Positions 50,921 to 63,554 of a stretch of 64,000 nt of DNA are shown piece after piece; the stretch's first letter is position 1; the number at the start of each line of letters is the position of its first letter. Source of the stretch: Octopus sinensis (taxonomy: Eukaryota). Location of the stretch: assembly GCF_006345805.1 (NCBI RefSeq), contig NC_042997.1:141980001-142044000 (forward strand), written 5' to 3'. The notes under the pieces are model-generated. The model saw nothing but the letters and a program-made list of their open reading frames with translations, was not told the DNA's origin and did no database searches. The translations under genes were made by a program, and so were the position numbers.

Positions 50921-53708
50921 CCAGGTGAAATCATAGTCGTGGATGATGCCAGTGCTGCCTGACTGGTAACTATGCTGGTGACACGTAAAAAGCACCATTC
51001 AAGTGTGGTCAGTGCCAGTGCTGCTTCACTTGGCACGTAAAGAGCACTGTTCGAGCATGGCTAATGCCAGTGCTGCCTGACTGGCATCTATGCTTGTGGC
51101 ATGTAAAAAGCACCATTCAAGCGTAGCCAATGCCAGTGCCGCCTGACTGGCACCTATGCTGGTGGCACATAAAAAGCACCATTGAAGTGTAGCCAATGTC
51201 AGTGCTACATGACTGGCACCTACTACATTCTTGGAGTGGTCGGCATTAGGAAGGGCATCCAGCTGTAGAAACTATGCCAAATCAGATTGGAGCCTGGTGC
51301 AGCCTCCTGGTTTGCCAGTTCTTGGTCAAACTGTCCAACCTATACATCATCATCATCATCATCATCATTTAGCGTCCGTTTTCCATGCTAGCATGGGTTG
51401 GACGGTTCTACTGGGGTCTGTGAAGCCAGAAGGCTTCATCAGGCCCAGTCAAATCTGGCAGTGTTTCTACGGCTGGATGCCCTTCCTAACGCCAAGGAAA
51501 GTGGACATTAAATGATGATGATATATATATATCTGAGAGTTCCTGGCTTTAAGGGTATCATGAAATGCCTAGTTAGAGGCCCATCCTTCCGAGTTCTTTT
51601 ATAGGGATTAGAAAAACTGAAGGACCACTGCAATAAGTGTGTGAAAGGGGAATATGTTGAATAAAATCACAATTTTCTGATCCTCCTGTATTTTGTTTTA
51701 CCCAAAGTCAGGAACTTTCCAGCACCTCCTCATATATGTATCTGTGTGTGTGTCTGTCTGTTTGTCACCCACCCCCATTGCTTGACAACTAGTGTTAATT
51801 AGTTTACATCCTGCAATTTGAAAGAGAGCAAAAGAACCAGTAGAGTAGGTACCATACTTGAAAGGACATAAATACTGGGGTCAGCTTGTTCAACTAAAGC
51901 CTTTCAAAGCTAAATATTATCTCCCTAACATTCTTCCACTTTTTTTATTTGCTGTATTATTCTGCTGATGTAACTCAAGAAGGCAGTACCAAGGTGTCGA
52001 GCTGGCAGAAATCTTAGCATGCTGGACGAAATGCTTAGTGGTATTTCGTGTCGTTACATTCTGTGTTCAAATTCTGCCCGAGGTCCACTTTGCCTTTCAT
52101 CCTTTCAGGGGTTGATAAATTAAGTACCAGTTGTGTACTGAGGTCAATCAATCGATTGCACCCCACCTCCAAAAATTTCAGGCCTTGTGCCTAGAGTAGA
52201 AAAGATTACTTTTCTCTTAAATTGACAAGAAGGCAGTACCTTCTTGAGTTACACCATCATCCATTCAGCTCTGTCAGTCATCACTTCCTTTACTCCAAGT
52301 CTTTCTTGCTATTGACATCCAGCACTTACTCTTATTGTCCACCTCCATATCTCTCTCTCTCTCTCTCCCCAATCTCCTATCACTCTCTTTCTACAACCTT
52401 CATCCACCCATCCTGATTATTCTTCTGTTCACGTTCTGGAATGTGTTACCTAGAGTGAATGATTGACTAAAAACACCCCAAGGTAGTTCCCCCCACATGG
52501 CTGCAATCCATTGACTAAAACCAGTAAAATAATGTTTAAATGCATAAAGTAATCAAAAGCAGATGTTTCTATGTTGTCATAAGGAATCACAATGGCTCAT
52601 TAGACAAGGTATTGACTGAAGCATTATCCTTTTCTGCTAGAGGCACAAGGCCCACAATTTTTGGGGCGGGGGTCAGTCAATTAGATTAATCCCAGTATGC
52701 AACTGGTGCTTAATTAATTTACCCCAAAAGGATGAAAGGCAAAGTCAACCTCGGCAGGATTTGAACTCAGAACGTAAAGATAGACAAAATACCGCTAAGC
52801 GTTTTGCTCGGTGTGCTAACGTTTCTGCCAGCTCACTGCCTTAGACTGAAACATTATCACTTCATAATACTGTCATTGGCTGTGTGCTGTCTGTTGTGGC
52901 AAAGCCTCATAAGCTTTGCTGGCATTAGATGAGGTAAGAAAGAAGAAAATGTACTATGGCAGTGGTGTGCTGAATTGGCTAGAAGTCTGAAGGTTCATAA
53001 TGTTAAGAGTATTTCTCGAATATCCAATACTAACTATAAATCTTTCTAATCAAATAATTTTTCATAAATATTTTTTTCTTTAACACATTTTTTATCATAT
53101 TTTTGTTGAAATACACTGCCTTTGCTTCAATTAATTTTGAAAATAATGAAGAATTCAGTAAAATAATTTTGTCTTGGAAAACAGACATTAAATTATGAAA
53201 ATGATGATGATGATTAAGCTGGTGTCTGGAACATGAATTAACATTGAATTTTGAAGGAAAGTTTTAAACAAGATCACTTTAAAGCATGACGTTTATATTG
53301 TAGAAACAAGGGCAGTCTCAGGCAAGTTGGTATTAAAAGGGTTTCACAGGAGAGTAATAATATCAGACCAGATCTAGAATAGAAAGAGCATGTCATTGAT
53401 GAGGTTATGAATGGTGACACACAGACTTTAACTAACCTACCTGACTGATTTATTTACTGAGTGTTTAATCAAACAATTGATTAGTCAGTTGGCTAACTAT
53501 TTAACCAATTTACAAATAAAAGATAAACAAAGTGAAATATAACCTATGTGTGTGTTTATTGTTGGCAGAATGACCCTCCCAAGATACAACAAAATATGTT
53601 TCAACACAGGAGTTCACAGCAAGAATTTTGCAAACCAAATACAAAAACAAAATATTTTAAATTTTCTTATCAAATCATTTTATGAATATTTCTTCTTTCA
53701 TTTTCCAG

Positions 53709-53805
53709 GTAAAATTTTCAACAACGATGTAAAAAACTTGCTCGTTGCTAGTCCAACAGAAAATCATCCCAAAACAGAAGTATTGTATAAATGTAAGAAA
53801 TGCAG
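53709..53805 (+). CDS. DUSP12: DUSP12 exon 4 (KIFNNDVKNLLVASPTENHPKTEVLYKCKKCR)
   Basis: cag/GTAAGG; YKCxKCR start of the YVH1 Zn-binding domain. Confidence 0.93.
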
Positions 53806-55211
53806 GTAAGGAAAAGAATTTAATGTATGACAGATGTCTAATGGGTTCATTAGGTTAAGTTTTATTTGTGAAACACAATTGCTTTGAATTTACTTAAGAA
53901 AGAGGTCTATGTTTGTGATGGTTAGTTGGGGGTGGGGTCACTAGGAATGTGGCCCAGATGTCAAGGGGACAGAAGCCCCAAAAAGTTTGGGAACCACTGA
54001 TGTAGAGCTTCAAGTTGATCAATGCCTTGTGAGTGAATTTGACAGACAGAAACTGTGAGGAAGCTCATTGTATAACATATGTGTGTTTGTTCCCCACCAC
54101 TGTTTGATGACTGGTTTTGGTTTGTTTACATCCTCATAGCTTAGTGGTTCAGCAAAAGAGACCAATAGAATAAGTACTACTCCTAAAAATTTAGTAATGA
54201 GATTGATTTGTTTGACTAAACCTTTCAAGGTGGTGCCCCAGCATGGCCACTGTTCAATGACTGAAGCAAGTAAAAGAGGAACGGTAAAGGATAAAGATAC
54301 ACACTTTTTAAACACACATACAAAAAAATGTAGGTAAGGAGCTTTTAAAAAAGACAGATTTTGGGAAAGAAATAGAATTAACAACATGTGTTGTTTCAGT
54401 TGTCATTCTTTACCCTCCCTTTGAGTATTAACTTTTTAATCAACATTGGCAACATTATCGTCTGTTTAACGTTAGCATCTCCATCTTAACATGGTTGGAT
54501 GGAATTTGTTAGGGCAGATTTTTTTATGACCAGATACCCTTCCTGTCACCAACTCTTCCTTGTTTCCAAGCAAGTTGATATTTCACCATGAGCAAACATG
54601 TTTTCATGGAAGATTGGAAATGAAGGACACTACTAACATGATGGTGACACTCATTTACAAATATTGCACGTTGCATGCACACACACTCACATACCACCAT
54701 CATCATCATCATCGTCTGTGGTTTGGATGGTTTGACAAGAGCTAGCAAGCCAGAGAGCTGCACCAGGCTCCATTGTCTGCTTTAGCATGGTTTCTATGGC
54801 TGGATGCCCTTCCTAACACCAACCACTTTATAGAGTGTACTGGGTGCTTTCTATGTGGCACCAACATCAGTGGGGTTGCCAAGTAACTTGTGAGACAAAG
54901 ACATCTTGGCTGGAGATACTTGGCTAATCCAGTAGGAAATGAAAAAAGAGGAAGGTGAGATAGGATTAGGAGACAGTCAGAGTGAGAGAGAAAGAGATGG
55001 TGTTGGAGATGTATTGGAGCCTATCTACTGGAAGCAGTGGGGGGGGGATAGAGGGAATGTTTCACAAGAGTGTGAGTGGAGATGTTTAGAAATGGGGAAG
55101 AGGTGATGTGGCAAGTGATGGTGAGAGAAATTGGAATGGCTGGTAGGGGTACTAGATATGCAAGAGCATGAAGAGTGTGCCGATAGGCATGTGGGGGAGA
55201 GTGGATATATA

Positions 55212-55245
<34 letters not shown>

Positions 55246-55377
55246 CGCCCAGGAGAGGTTTTGGTATTCAGAAAATCTAAAATGGGAGTTCCATTTATAC
55301 TTCCTATATCTCTCCCTTTTGAAAATAACTTCTTATATTGAACTCTACTATTTTCCTCTATTTAATTCTCTCATATC

Positions 55378-55425
55378 GTCTCTGATGAAGGGATATCCTT
55401 CGTTTCCTTGAAACAGCTGTAAGAC
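55378..55425 (+). ncRNA. Minimal type I hammerhead ribozyme motif (Penelope-type) in DUSP12 intron 4
   Basis: GTCT-CTGATGA-AGGGA..TTCCT(T)-GAAA-CAGCTG-TA-AGAC: stem I GTCT/AGAC, stem II, palindromic stem III ACAGCTGT, GUA cleavage triplet. Confidence 0.75.
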
Positions 55426-55529
55426 TACCTTTTTCTTTATAAATATCTTAGAAATTTCATACAGCCTTGACTTTGTTGTCTCATTTTATTTAACATGCAC
55501 ACACACACACACATATATAATTGACAGAC

Positions 55530-55945
55530 AGGAGTGGCTGTGTGGTAAGTAGCTTGCTTACCAACCACATGGTTCCAGGTTCAGTCCCACTGCAAGGCAC
55601 CTTGGGCAAGTGTCTTCTACTATAGCCTCAGGCCGACTAAAGCCTTGTGAGTGGATTTTAGTAGATGGAAACTGAAAGAAGCCCGTCGTATATATGTATA
55701 TATAATATATATGTTGTGTGTGTGTGTGCCTGTAGTTTGTGGTCTGTGTTTGTCCCCCCCCATTGCTTGACAACCGATGCTGGTTGTGTTTATGTCCCCG
55801 TCAACCTAGTGGTTCGGCAAAAGAAAAAGAGACGATAGAATAAGTACTGGGCTTACAAAGAATAAGTCCCAGGGTCGAGTTGCTCAACTAAAGGCGGTGC
55901 TCCAGCATGGCCGCAGTCAACTGACTGAAACAAGTAAAAGAGTAA
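55530..55945 (+). mobile_element. SINE family A, well-preserved copy
   Basis: Complete head, core and tail with CpGs retained. Confidence 0.85.
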
Positions 55946-56072
55946 AAGAGAGAGAGAGAGACTTCTTTCGGTTTCCATTCCACTGACAAGTCTTTGGTAA
56001 GCCTGGGGCTGTAGTAGAGGACACCTGCCCGAGTTACCACACAGTGAGACTGAATCCAAACTCATGCAGCTG

Positions 56073-56400
56073 GGAAACAAACTTCTTACCACACTGCCAT
56101 GTTTATATCTTTTATTAACCTTATTAAACTGCTTAGAATATCATTATTTTTCTTATTTATTAGGATCCTTTTGTTCCGTGAAAAGGTCCCTCTTCACCAT
56201 CAACTGGAGATGGGAGCGATCCTTGGACTGGAGGAAACAAACTTCTTACCACACTGCCATGTTTATATCTTTTATTAACCTTTTAAACCTGAATTAGAAT
56301 ATTCATTCATTTTCTTCTTATTTTATTCAGGCATCCTTTGTTCCGTGAAAGCTCCCTTCTTTCACACACAACTGGAGACTGGGAGCGATCCTTTGACTGG
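56073..56400 (+). repeat. Tandem duplication (period 160) covering the DUSP12 intron 4/exon 5 junction
   Basis: GGAAACAAACTTCTTACCACACTGCCATG starts at both 56073 and 56233; the first copy holds an indel-riddled version of the first ~70 nt of exon 5. Confidence 0.9.
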
Positions 56401-56523
56401 AATTCCAAACTATCAAATCTTCGTAAATCTGATTCAGAAAAGAATAAAGTTACTTGTAAAGAATCTCTGTTTGTTGAACCTGTCCAATGGATGGCTGATG
56501 TAGTTACTAATCAGAGTGGCAAG
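56331..56523 (+). CDS. DUSP12: DUSP12 exon 5 (HPLFRESSLLSH...TCKESLFVEPVQWMADVVTNQSGK)
   Basis: cag/GTAAAA; LF..S.L..H and C...F.EPVQWM motifs; 193 nt. Confidence 0.94.
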
Positions 56524-57021
56524 GTAAAAGCAATTATTTCATTGTATATGAAACTTCTGTGTGTATAATTTACGTGTGTATGTATGTATGTATATATCAT
56601 CATCATCATCATCATCGTTTAACGTCCGCTTTCCATGCTAGCATGGGTTGGATGATTTGACTGAGTACTGGTGAACCAGATGGCTGCACCAGGCTCCAAT
56701 CTGATCTGGCAGAGTTTCTACAGCTGGATGCCCTTCCTAACACCAACCACTCCAAGAGTGTAGTGGGTGCTTTTACGTGCCACCTGCACAAGAGCCAGTC
56801 CAGCGGCACTGGCAACGACCTCACTCGAATGTTTTTCATGTGCCACTGGCAAGGCGATGCTGGTAATGATCACGCTTGAATGGTGCTTTTTACGTGCCAC
56901 CAGCATGGTAGCCAGTTAACTGCTCTGGCTATGATCACGCTCGGATGGTGCTTTTAGTGCTCCACTAGCACGGATGCCAGTCGAATTTGATTTCGACTTC
57001 GATTTCACTTGTCTCAACAGG

Positions 57022-57064
<43 letters not shown>

Positions 57065-57978
57065 TATATACACAGGTATGCGGGCACATGGCTTAGTGGT
57101 TAGGGTGTTACACTCACGATCTAGCAATCATGATTTTAATTCCTTTGTGTTTTTGAGCAAAGCACTTTATCACTCTGTGATGCTCTGCAACGACTTCAAC
57201 ACCTGATGCATAGCACACCATGCACCTATTCAGGCTACATCGATTTGATGTGGAGAGAGTGGTCTGAGCATTTGATGACTATAAATGAATCATTTGTACA
57301 GGCCATTCATCAAAACTGAATGCTCATATGCCATCTTTGACAGAGGGCTCCATTATCTGAGCAATTCTATATATTTTGTACGAAAGAACAATAATATATA
57401 TATATATATATATCATCATCATCATCATCATCATCATCGTTTAGCATGGAAAACGGACGTTAAACGATGATGATGATGATATATATATATATTATTGTTC
57501 TTTCTTAAAATATATAGAATTGCTCAGATTGAACCCGAGACAAAAGATAAGAATTAAGATATAAACTCAAATTAGGCAATCAACTGTGTATCTATAAAAA
57601 GTCAATTGCCTAATTTGAGTTTATATCTTAATTCTTATATAGCAAAATAATTAACAGGATATCAAGAAGTAATGCAGTACAACTGTTTCAACTGGCTCCA
57701 TTTAATTGAACTATGCAATCATTACACCAATTTAAATGTAGTGCTATCTTCAGCTGCACAAAATATAGAATTTTTTAACAAGTAGGACACATTAATATAA
57801 TTTTTCTTAAGTATTTTAACAGAGTAAGATATATTAGATATACTACCTCTGAAACAAAGCATGGTGACTCATGATTTGGATGCCTCTGATAATAAGAGCT
57901 GCTCAATTTTCTGACACATTGTTGTAAAATGATGTTCTTAAATTTTTCTCTTTCTATCTAAGAAGAATATGGTAAGTA

Positions 57979-58874
57979 CAAAGTGGTATCAAAAAGTTCC
58001 CAGATTAGTTCTGTAGTGCACTAGCAGATGGCAGCACACGATTGTGTGTGCAGTGAGAGCTAGCAGTGACCTTCATAAGGCAGTGGGCTGAGTGACATCC
58101 CTGTGTTTACTTTGCAAGTTTTGAAATTTGCGTTTTTGTGATCATGTGTATGCTGTACAATGTGATTTTGTCATGGATAGTAACAAAGAGCCAGCATGAA
58201 ATTTAGGCTAAACTTGAGAAGTCTGCTACAGAGACATTGAGCATGCTTCGGCAAGCTTACAGCGATTAGGCAATGGATTATATGCAATGTTTCGAGGAGC
58301 ACAGGTACTTCAAAAGTGGAAGAATCTCCCTGGATGACTTGTCACAAGTGTCACCCCTGGAAATATGGTTCTGTGTATTGAGAATTTATCCCCCAGGGCC
58401 AGACGGTCAATCGAGAGTTCTACTGTAACATTTTGAGGCATTTGAGGTCAAATATTTGGCAAAATCGACCAGATCTGCAGAATGTAAAGAATTGGATTCT
58501 GCATAACAATGCACCCCGCCTCCGAGCTCTCCTCTCTTGTGAGTTTCTCACCAAAAACCTCATGGTATTGCTTCTGCACACACCCTGTTCACCAGATTTA
58601 GCACTTGTGAACTTCTGTCTCTTCTCCAAGATAAGAATTCTGCTCAAAGGTCACCATTTTACCACCATTGTTGAGAGCCAGAGCGAATCACAGATGGTCT
58701 TCAACTTGCTTATAGAAAATTACTTCCAGACCAGGTTCCAAAAGTGGCAGGAATGCTGGGACCAGTGTATTGTTGCACAAGGTGTCTATTTCAAAGTGAT
58801 GATGTTAAAACTTAGATAAATAAGTTACTTTTTATTTAACATAACTAGTCTGGAAACCTTTTGACACCACCACG
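57979..58874 (+). mobile_element. Internally deleted mariner transposon
   Basis: about 30-bp imperfect TIRs (..GTGGTATCAAAAAGTTCCCAGATTAGTT / AACTAGTCTGGAAACCTTTTGACACCACC..), TA flanks; LGKSATETLSMLRQAY HTH remnant plus LH.NAP, PCSPDLA, W..CI...G.YF motifs. Confidence 0.88.
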
Positions 58875-59181
58875 TAGGATCTATCTTGGATAATTGAGCA
58901 ACATGGCACAAACAGTCTGAGCTAGTGCTCCTGAATCATACAAGTAACAGGACACATCCCAGTTTCTACATCAGACACAGAATTTTTTCTAGATGTTTGT
59001 ATGATCAGAAAATAGTTGCAACAATTAGTGCAAATATTTGCAAAAATTAGCACATGATATTTAGTTTAATAACATTCTGTACAAGAATTATGAAATATTG
59101 AACAGATATTCCAATAAAAATTACTTGGAAATTCTAATCTAATTATCATTAGCTAATCTGTTTATTCATTCATTTTTGCAG

Positions 59182-59230
59182 CTAACATGTCCAAAGTGTT
59201 TGGCAAAAATTGGATCATTCATTTGGTGTG
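59182..59230 (+). CDS. DUSP12: DUSP12 exon 6 (LTCPKCLAKIGSFIWCG)
   Basis: cag/GTAAGT; CPKC.AK.GSF.W motif; 49 nt. Confidence 0.94.
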
Positions 59231-59299
59231 GTAAGTTTGTATTTATTAATTTTTTGTCAAATCCTTAAAATGTCTATCCTAAAGACATAGATAAATTCA

Positions 59300-60030
59300 A
59301 TTTCATGACTCTCACCACTCACAACACCTGGTGGTTATAGTTTGGTCTATACCACTGTCTTGCTTGGCCTCTGCTCATATATGAAATTGCTTTGTCTAGA
59401 ATAGAGATCGTGCTGTATTTACATCAAAAAACTGCTTGGTCTACCTTGAATAATTTACAGTTCAGTGCTATGTTGAAATAGGTCTCTTTGACTACCTATA
59501 ACATCAATCATTGAGATCTGAAAAGGTGAAAACAGTCATGATGTTGAGGGAATTTGATGACGTAGAAATATGAGATAATGTCAGATGTCAAAACTACAAG
59601 AAAATGGAATGTTGAGAAAGAAGTTGATGACATGATAGCATCACTTGAATATTGAGATACAGTGGGAGCAATTCAAAGAGACTAGAAAGATGTTGGTTGT
59701 AATCCATTTAAACCATTTTCAACCATGACTCAGAGGGAGAGCAGAGCTGCTGGTAGTGGCCATATTAAAGCTGGAGAAGCAGAGAAAAAGGAACTGCATT
59801 TCGATTCAATGCTCTCAGCAAAGTCAGATGACCAAATGGGAAGAAGAGGTTATGGAAAGGAAAGTGGGTTGGAATGAGATCTGGAGGTGAAACACATTAC
59901 AGCTGAGCATCTTTCTTCAAGCTACCAATGATGTATTGTCATCTTCCTACAATCTTCTGAGATGGAAAATAGTGAATGACAACAAATGTAAATGCATAAA
60001 AGTTAGCTCACTAAAGCCTATTCTATCTAA
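59300..60030 (+). mobile_element. Decayed HERO-like (RLE) LINE, post-RT segment
   Basis: VKTTRKWNVEKEV..M...L...D.VG, TKWEE..ERKVGWNEIW, FLQATNDVLSS.YNL.RW....CKC motifs with stops. Confidence 0.6.
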
Positions 60031-60249
60031 CCAAGAGGGATGAGTAAAAAATCAATGAAACTTGGATATTTAGGACAGTATGGATCTGTAATCAGAAGCA
60101 GGATCAGTACAAAGGTATATGAAGGAGACTGAAAGTGATTACAAGTGTAGCAAAACTTTTGGTACCAAAGTAAGACTGATGATCCACCAAGGCAAGTAAT
60201 GTATGAACAAATGAAAACAGTGTAGGTCATTTAATTGTCAAACACAAAG

Positions 60250-60775
60250 CAAATCATCCCAGGAGTCAAACCACAGTGGATTGATAAGTTCTCCAGCTGA
60301 AGTTTTTTAAAATCTCTCGGCCAAGATGCCTCTTCCCCAGAAAAGATGATGAAGAAACCAAAGATTTTGTGACCAGTTGTACATGAGAAAGCCAGTTACC
60401 CAACTTACAAAGGTAAAGTATGGGAGATGATCCATAAAATGAAGGGGTCAACCCAAGACAAAATGAATAAGCTCACAAACAAGATCTATGAGCTTAGTAA
60501 GAAGCAGCCATCTACTAAGTGCAGCAAAAGTAGATGAGAAAGGAAAATGAAACAGTTAAGGAAAAGGAAGAAGAAATTATGGAAACATTGAAAACAGGCC
60601 AGACCTGAAGCAAAAGAACGTTTGTTAGCCCTGTATGAAGATCTAAAGAAAAATGTCATAACATGCAAAGAAATATCAGGTATGTTGACAGAAGGAAGGA
60701 GAGTAAATGGATGAGAGAACAGTTCCTTAAGAACCTTTATGGGGTGACTAAGAAATTATTTGCAAAGACTAAGAG
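60250..60775 (+). mobile_element. Decayed HERO-like LINE, pre-RT segment
   Basis: RRERKMKQLRKRKKKLWKH.KQARPEAKERLLALYEDLKK...RRKESK.MREQFLKNLYGVTKKLF resembles the basic helical region N-terminal to HERO RT. Confidence 0.5.
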
Positions 60776-61384
60776 CATCATCATCATTTAATGTCCGCTT
60801 TCCATGCTGGCATAGGTTAGACAGTTTGACTGAGGACTGGCAAGCCTGGAAGCTGCACCAGGCTCCAATCTGATCTGGTAAGGTTTCTACAGCTTGATGC
60901 CCTTCCTAACGCCAACGACTCCAAGAATGTAGTGGCTGCTTTTTACATGCTACTGGCATATAACACTCAGGCAGGGTCACACTCAAATGGTGCTTTTTAC
61001 ATGCCACCAGCATAGGTGCCAGTCAGGCAGCACTGGCATTGGCCACAACCATAATTTCACTTGACTCAATAGGTCTTTTCAAGCACAGCATATTGCCCAA
61101 GACGAGCTAGATGGACATGTACAGGTGACTTACAAAATTTTTATCTAACCAAGGTTCCTAGTTCTAATTTAGCCTGAGGCTGTATACATTTTCTGGAAGA
61201 AAAACACCTGATAATGATTACAAATTGAGTCCATTGAAACATTGTGCAATTAAAAGTACTGTATAACTGAAAAACTATTATCCTAATTTTGAAATGAGCT
61301 TCTCAGAAATTAACTTATTTTTCTTAAATCTGTTTTTAATTATTGGTTATGTATTTATAATTTTTTTCTTCTCCTCATTTCTAG

Positions 61385-61533
61385 GTGAAAAATGCCCATG
61401 TGGATCATGGGTTGCTCCAGCATTTCATATCCAGAAAAATAAAGTGGATTTGTGTCGGCCCTTTGTTCTTGTTCCACGGGTTCTTCCTAACAACCAGTTT
61501 ATGCAAGAAACAGTTGCTACATCCTGCAGCTGA
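61385..61533 (+). CDS. DUSP12: DUSP12 last coding exon (EKCPCGSWVAPAFHIQKNKVD...TSCS*)
   Basis: tag acceptor; CxCG.W..PAF.I.K..VD motif; TGA stop; spliced CDS is 978 nt = 325 aa. Confidence 0.95.
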
Positions 61534-61954
61534 GAGATTATGTTCATCTTGACTGCCAAACCCAAAAATTAAAAATTTTGAACAATTATAAATAAAGAGG
61601 TGGGGGGGGGGGATATACTTTTTTTTTTTACTTTGTTATTTTGATCCTATCAAATCCACAGCTGCTGGCAGCCATATTACATGTGTGTACTACATACTTA
61701 AGCCCTTTGCTCCTGATGGAGCATAGGACATCAGCGACTTTCTTCCACTGGTCTTGACTTGTGGTGGGGCTGTCTCCTGGTGATCAGAAAAGGGGTCAGC
61801 CTTGCAGTTTCCTTTTGGATTTTACTATACCACATAAAGCCTTCTTCTCCCAGGTTTTGTTTGTTACGAATTGTCACCTATGTTTCTGTAACATTGCTTT
61901 TTCTAGGTAGAGATGTTGACCCTATGCAAACCCATTTTTACCTCTGGGAAGAGG

Positions 61955-62075
61955 TGGTCTATATTAGTCCAACCTCTGTCCTTTGACCTGTCCAGCACAG
62001 GAGGTCTTACTACAAGCTTCACTCTGCTGGCATAGCTCTCTGAGTCACTGGGACACACAGGCCACCACATCACAA
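61955..62075 (-). mobile_element. Probable 5' end of an RTE-type LINE downstream of the DUSP12 stop
   Basis: minus strand GAGAGCTATGCCAGC...GTAAGACCTCCTGTGCTGGACAGGTCAAAGG resembles RTE/BovB 5'UTR sequence as I recall it; not database-checked. Confidence 0.45.
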
Positions 62076-63554
62076 TAAAGACTGGACTTTGTGGTGGAAT
62101 ATTACATATGGTTGTTACAATTGTCTGTGAGTTTTGTCTGTCAGTCAAATTAAAGTGTAAGTAGGGTAGGTATACAGTGCAGAAGAAAGATTTGAAGTTA
62201 GCTATTGTCACCTGGATGGATGAACAAGTGAGACAAATGGTTGTTCAATGTGTGTTGTAGAGGTCATCATTAAAATGAAAGCTCTTCTGCTCAAAGAAAA
62301 TCACTTGTTATTCAGTACCATATTGATCTAAGTAACATGGCTGATCATCAGTTTTGTTCTTTTCATTGTATTCAAGAGAACAGCATTGTTGTATTGCTCT
62401 TTGCTCTAATCGTTCCATGTCACATGATTGGTACCTTGCACTATTGGTAATGGAGATCTATTATTACTGGTTCTTTGTGAAGATCTGATGAGATTTGTTC
62501 AAGAATGGCTTGACCCTCCAACCACCTAATTATTAATATGCATAAAAGAAGTTATTTATTGATCTTCTTCAGCTTATTTGAATATAAGAAGTGTGGTTTG
62601 TGTGTGTGTGTGTGTATATATAGATATGTGTTGGTATGTGTGTGTGATATAAAATATATACATATACATATTTTTAGAGTTTGTCCAAGCTTTCAATTTT
62701 GTCATTTTCTTCTTATAAGAATGTAGCATTTAAATACCAAATAAGTGTTATAAAGATAATCTTTTATGAAGCTTGTGAAGATTTTATGATGACATCAGCC
62801 AGCCAAAATATTTCTTTCAGTAACTGTGAACCTAATTCATTACTATTCTCATCCCTGTACCATCAGATCAACAAATAACCCTTGGTTATTTTCTTAACAA
62901 GCATTCACCCCTGTGATTGGCTTGGGGCTGTTCTCAGCAAATTGCATATAGGCTGGTTGTCCATTCACTGTTTCACATTATAAGTGCACTGCCAACACAT
63001 TCTTCCATGTCGACTTTTGCTTCTCATGGCTGGCAGCAAGTATGGACACAGTACTAAAATTACTTTGACAGATGTTTCTGTGCAATGAAATAGTAAAAAT
63101 TACTTTTTTTACTCAAAAACAATATCTGCTACCTGCCACTTTAGCGATTTTGTTATTACTGAAAAATTCCATGCTGTCAGTTGCTCTGATTAGGAAAGCT
63201 TTATAAATAATTCCAGAAATAATTTGTGTAAACTTCCAAAGAATCTTTTGCACTAAAAATAATCTTGAAAAATGAGATTGAAAAACTTAAAACAGAATAT
63301 GTTGTAAATTTTGTCAAATATGTTGTACAATAAATATTAAAATGTTTGTCTTTTTGTTTTTTTCCATCATAGACATCATCATCTCTTCATCACATCATGA
63401 TTATTAAATTTTACTTCTCAGGGCTCTCGATCTTGCTCCATTTAATTCTGTGAGAGTGGACGGCAACCTGTTGTCAAAGGTCTCCTCCCCTTCCCCCTCC
63501 CCTCCTCCTCTTCCTCATCATCAACATCACCCTCATTTTCATATATCATCATCA

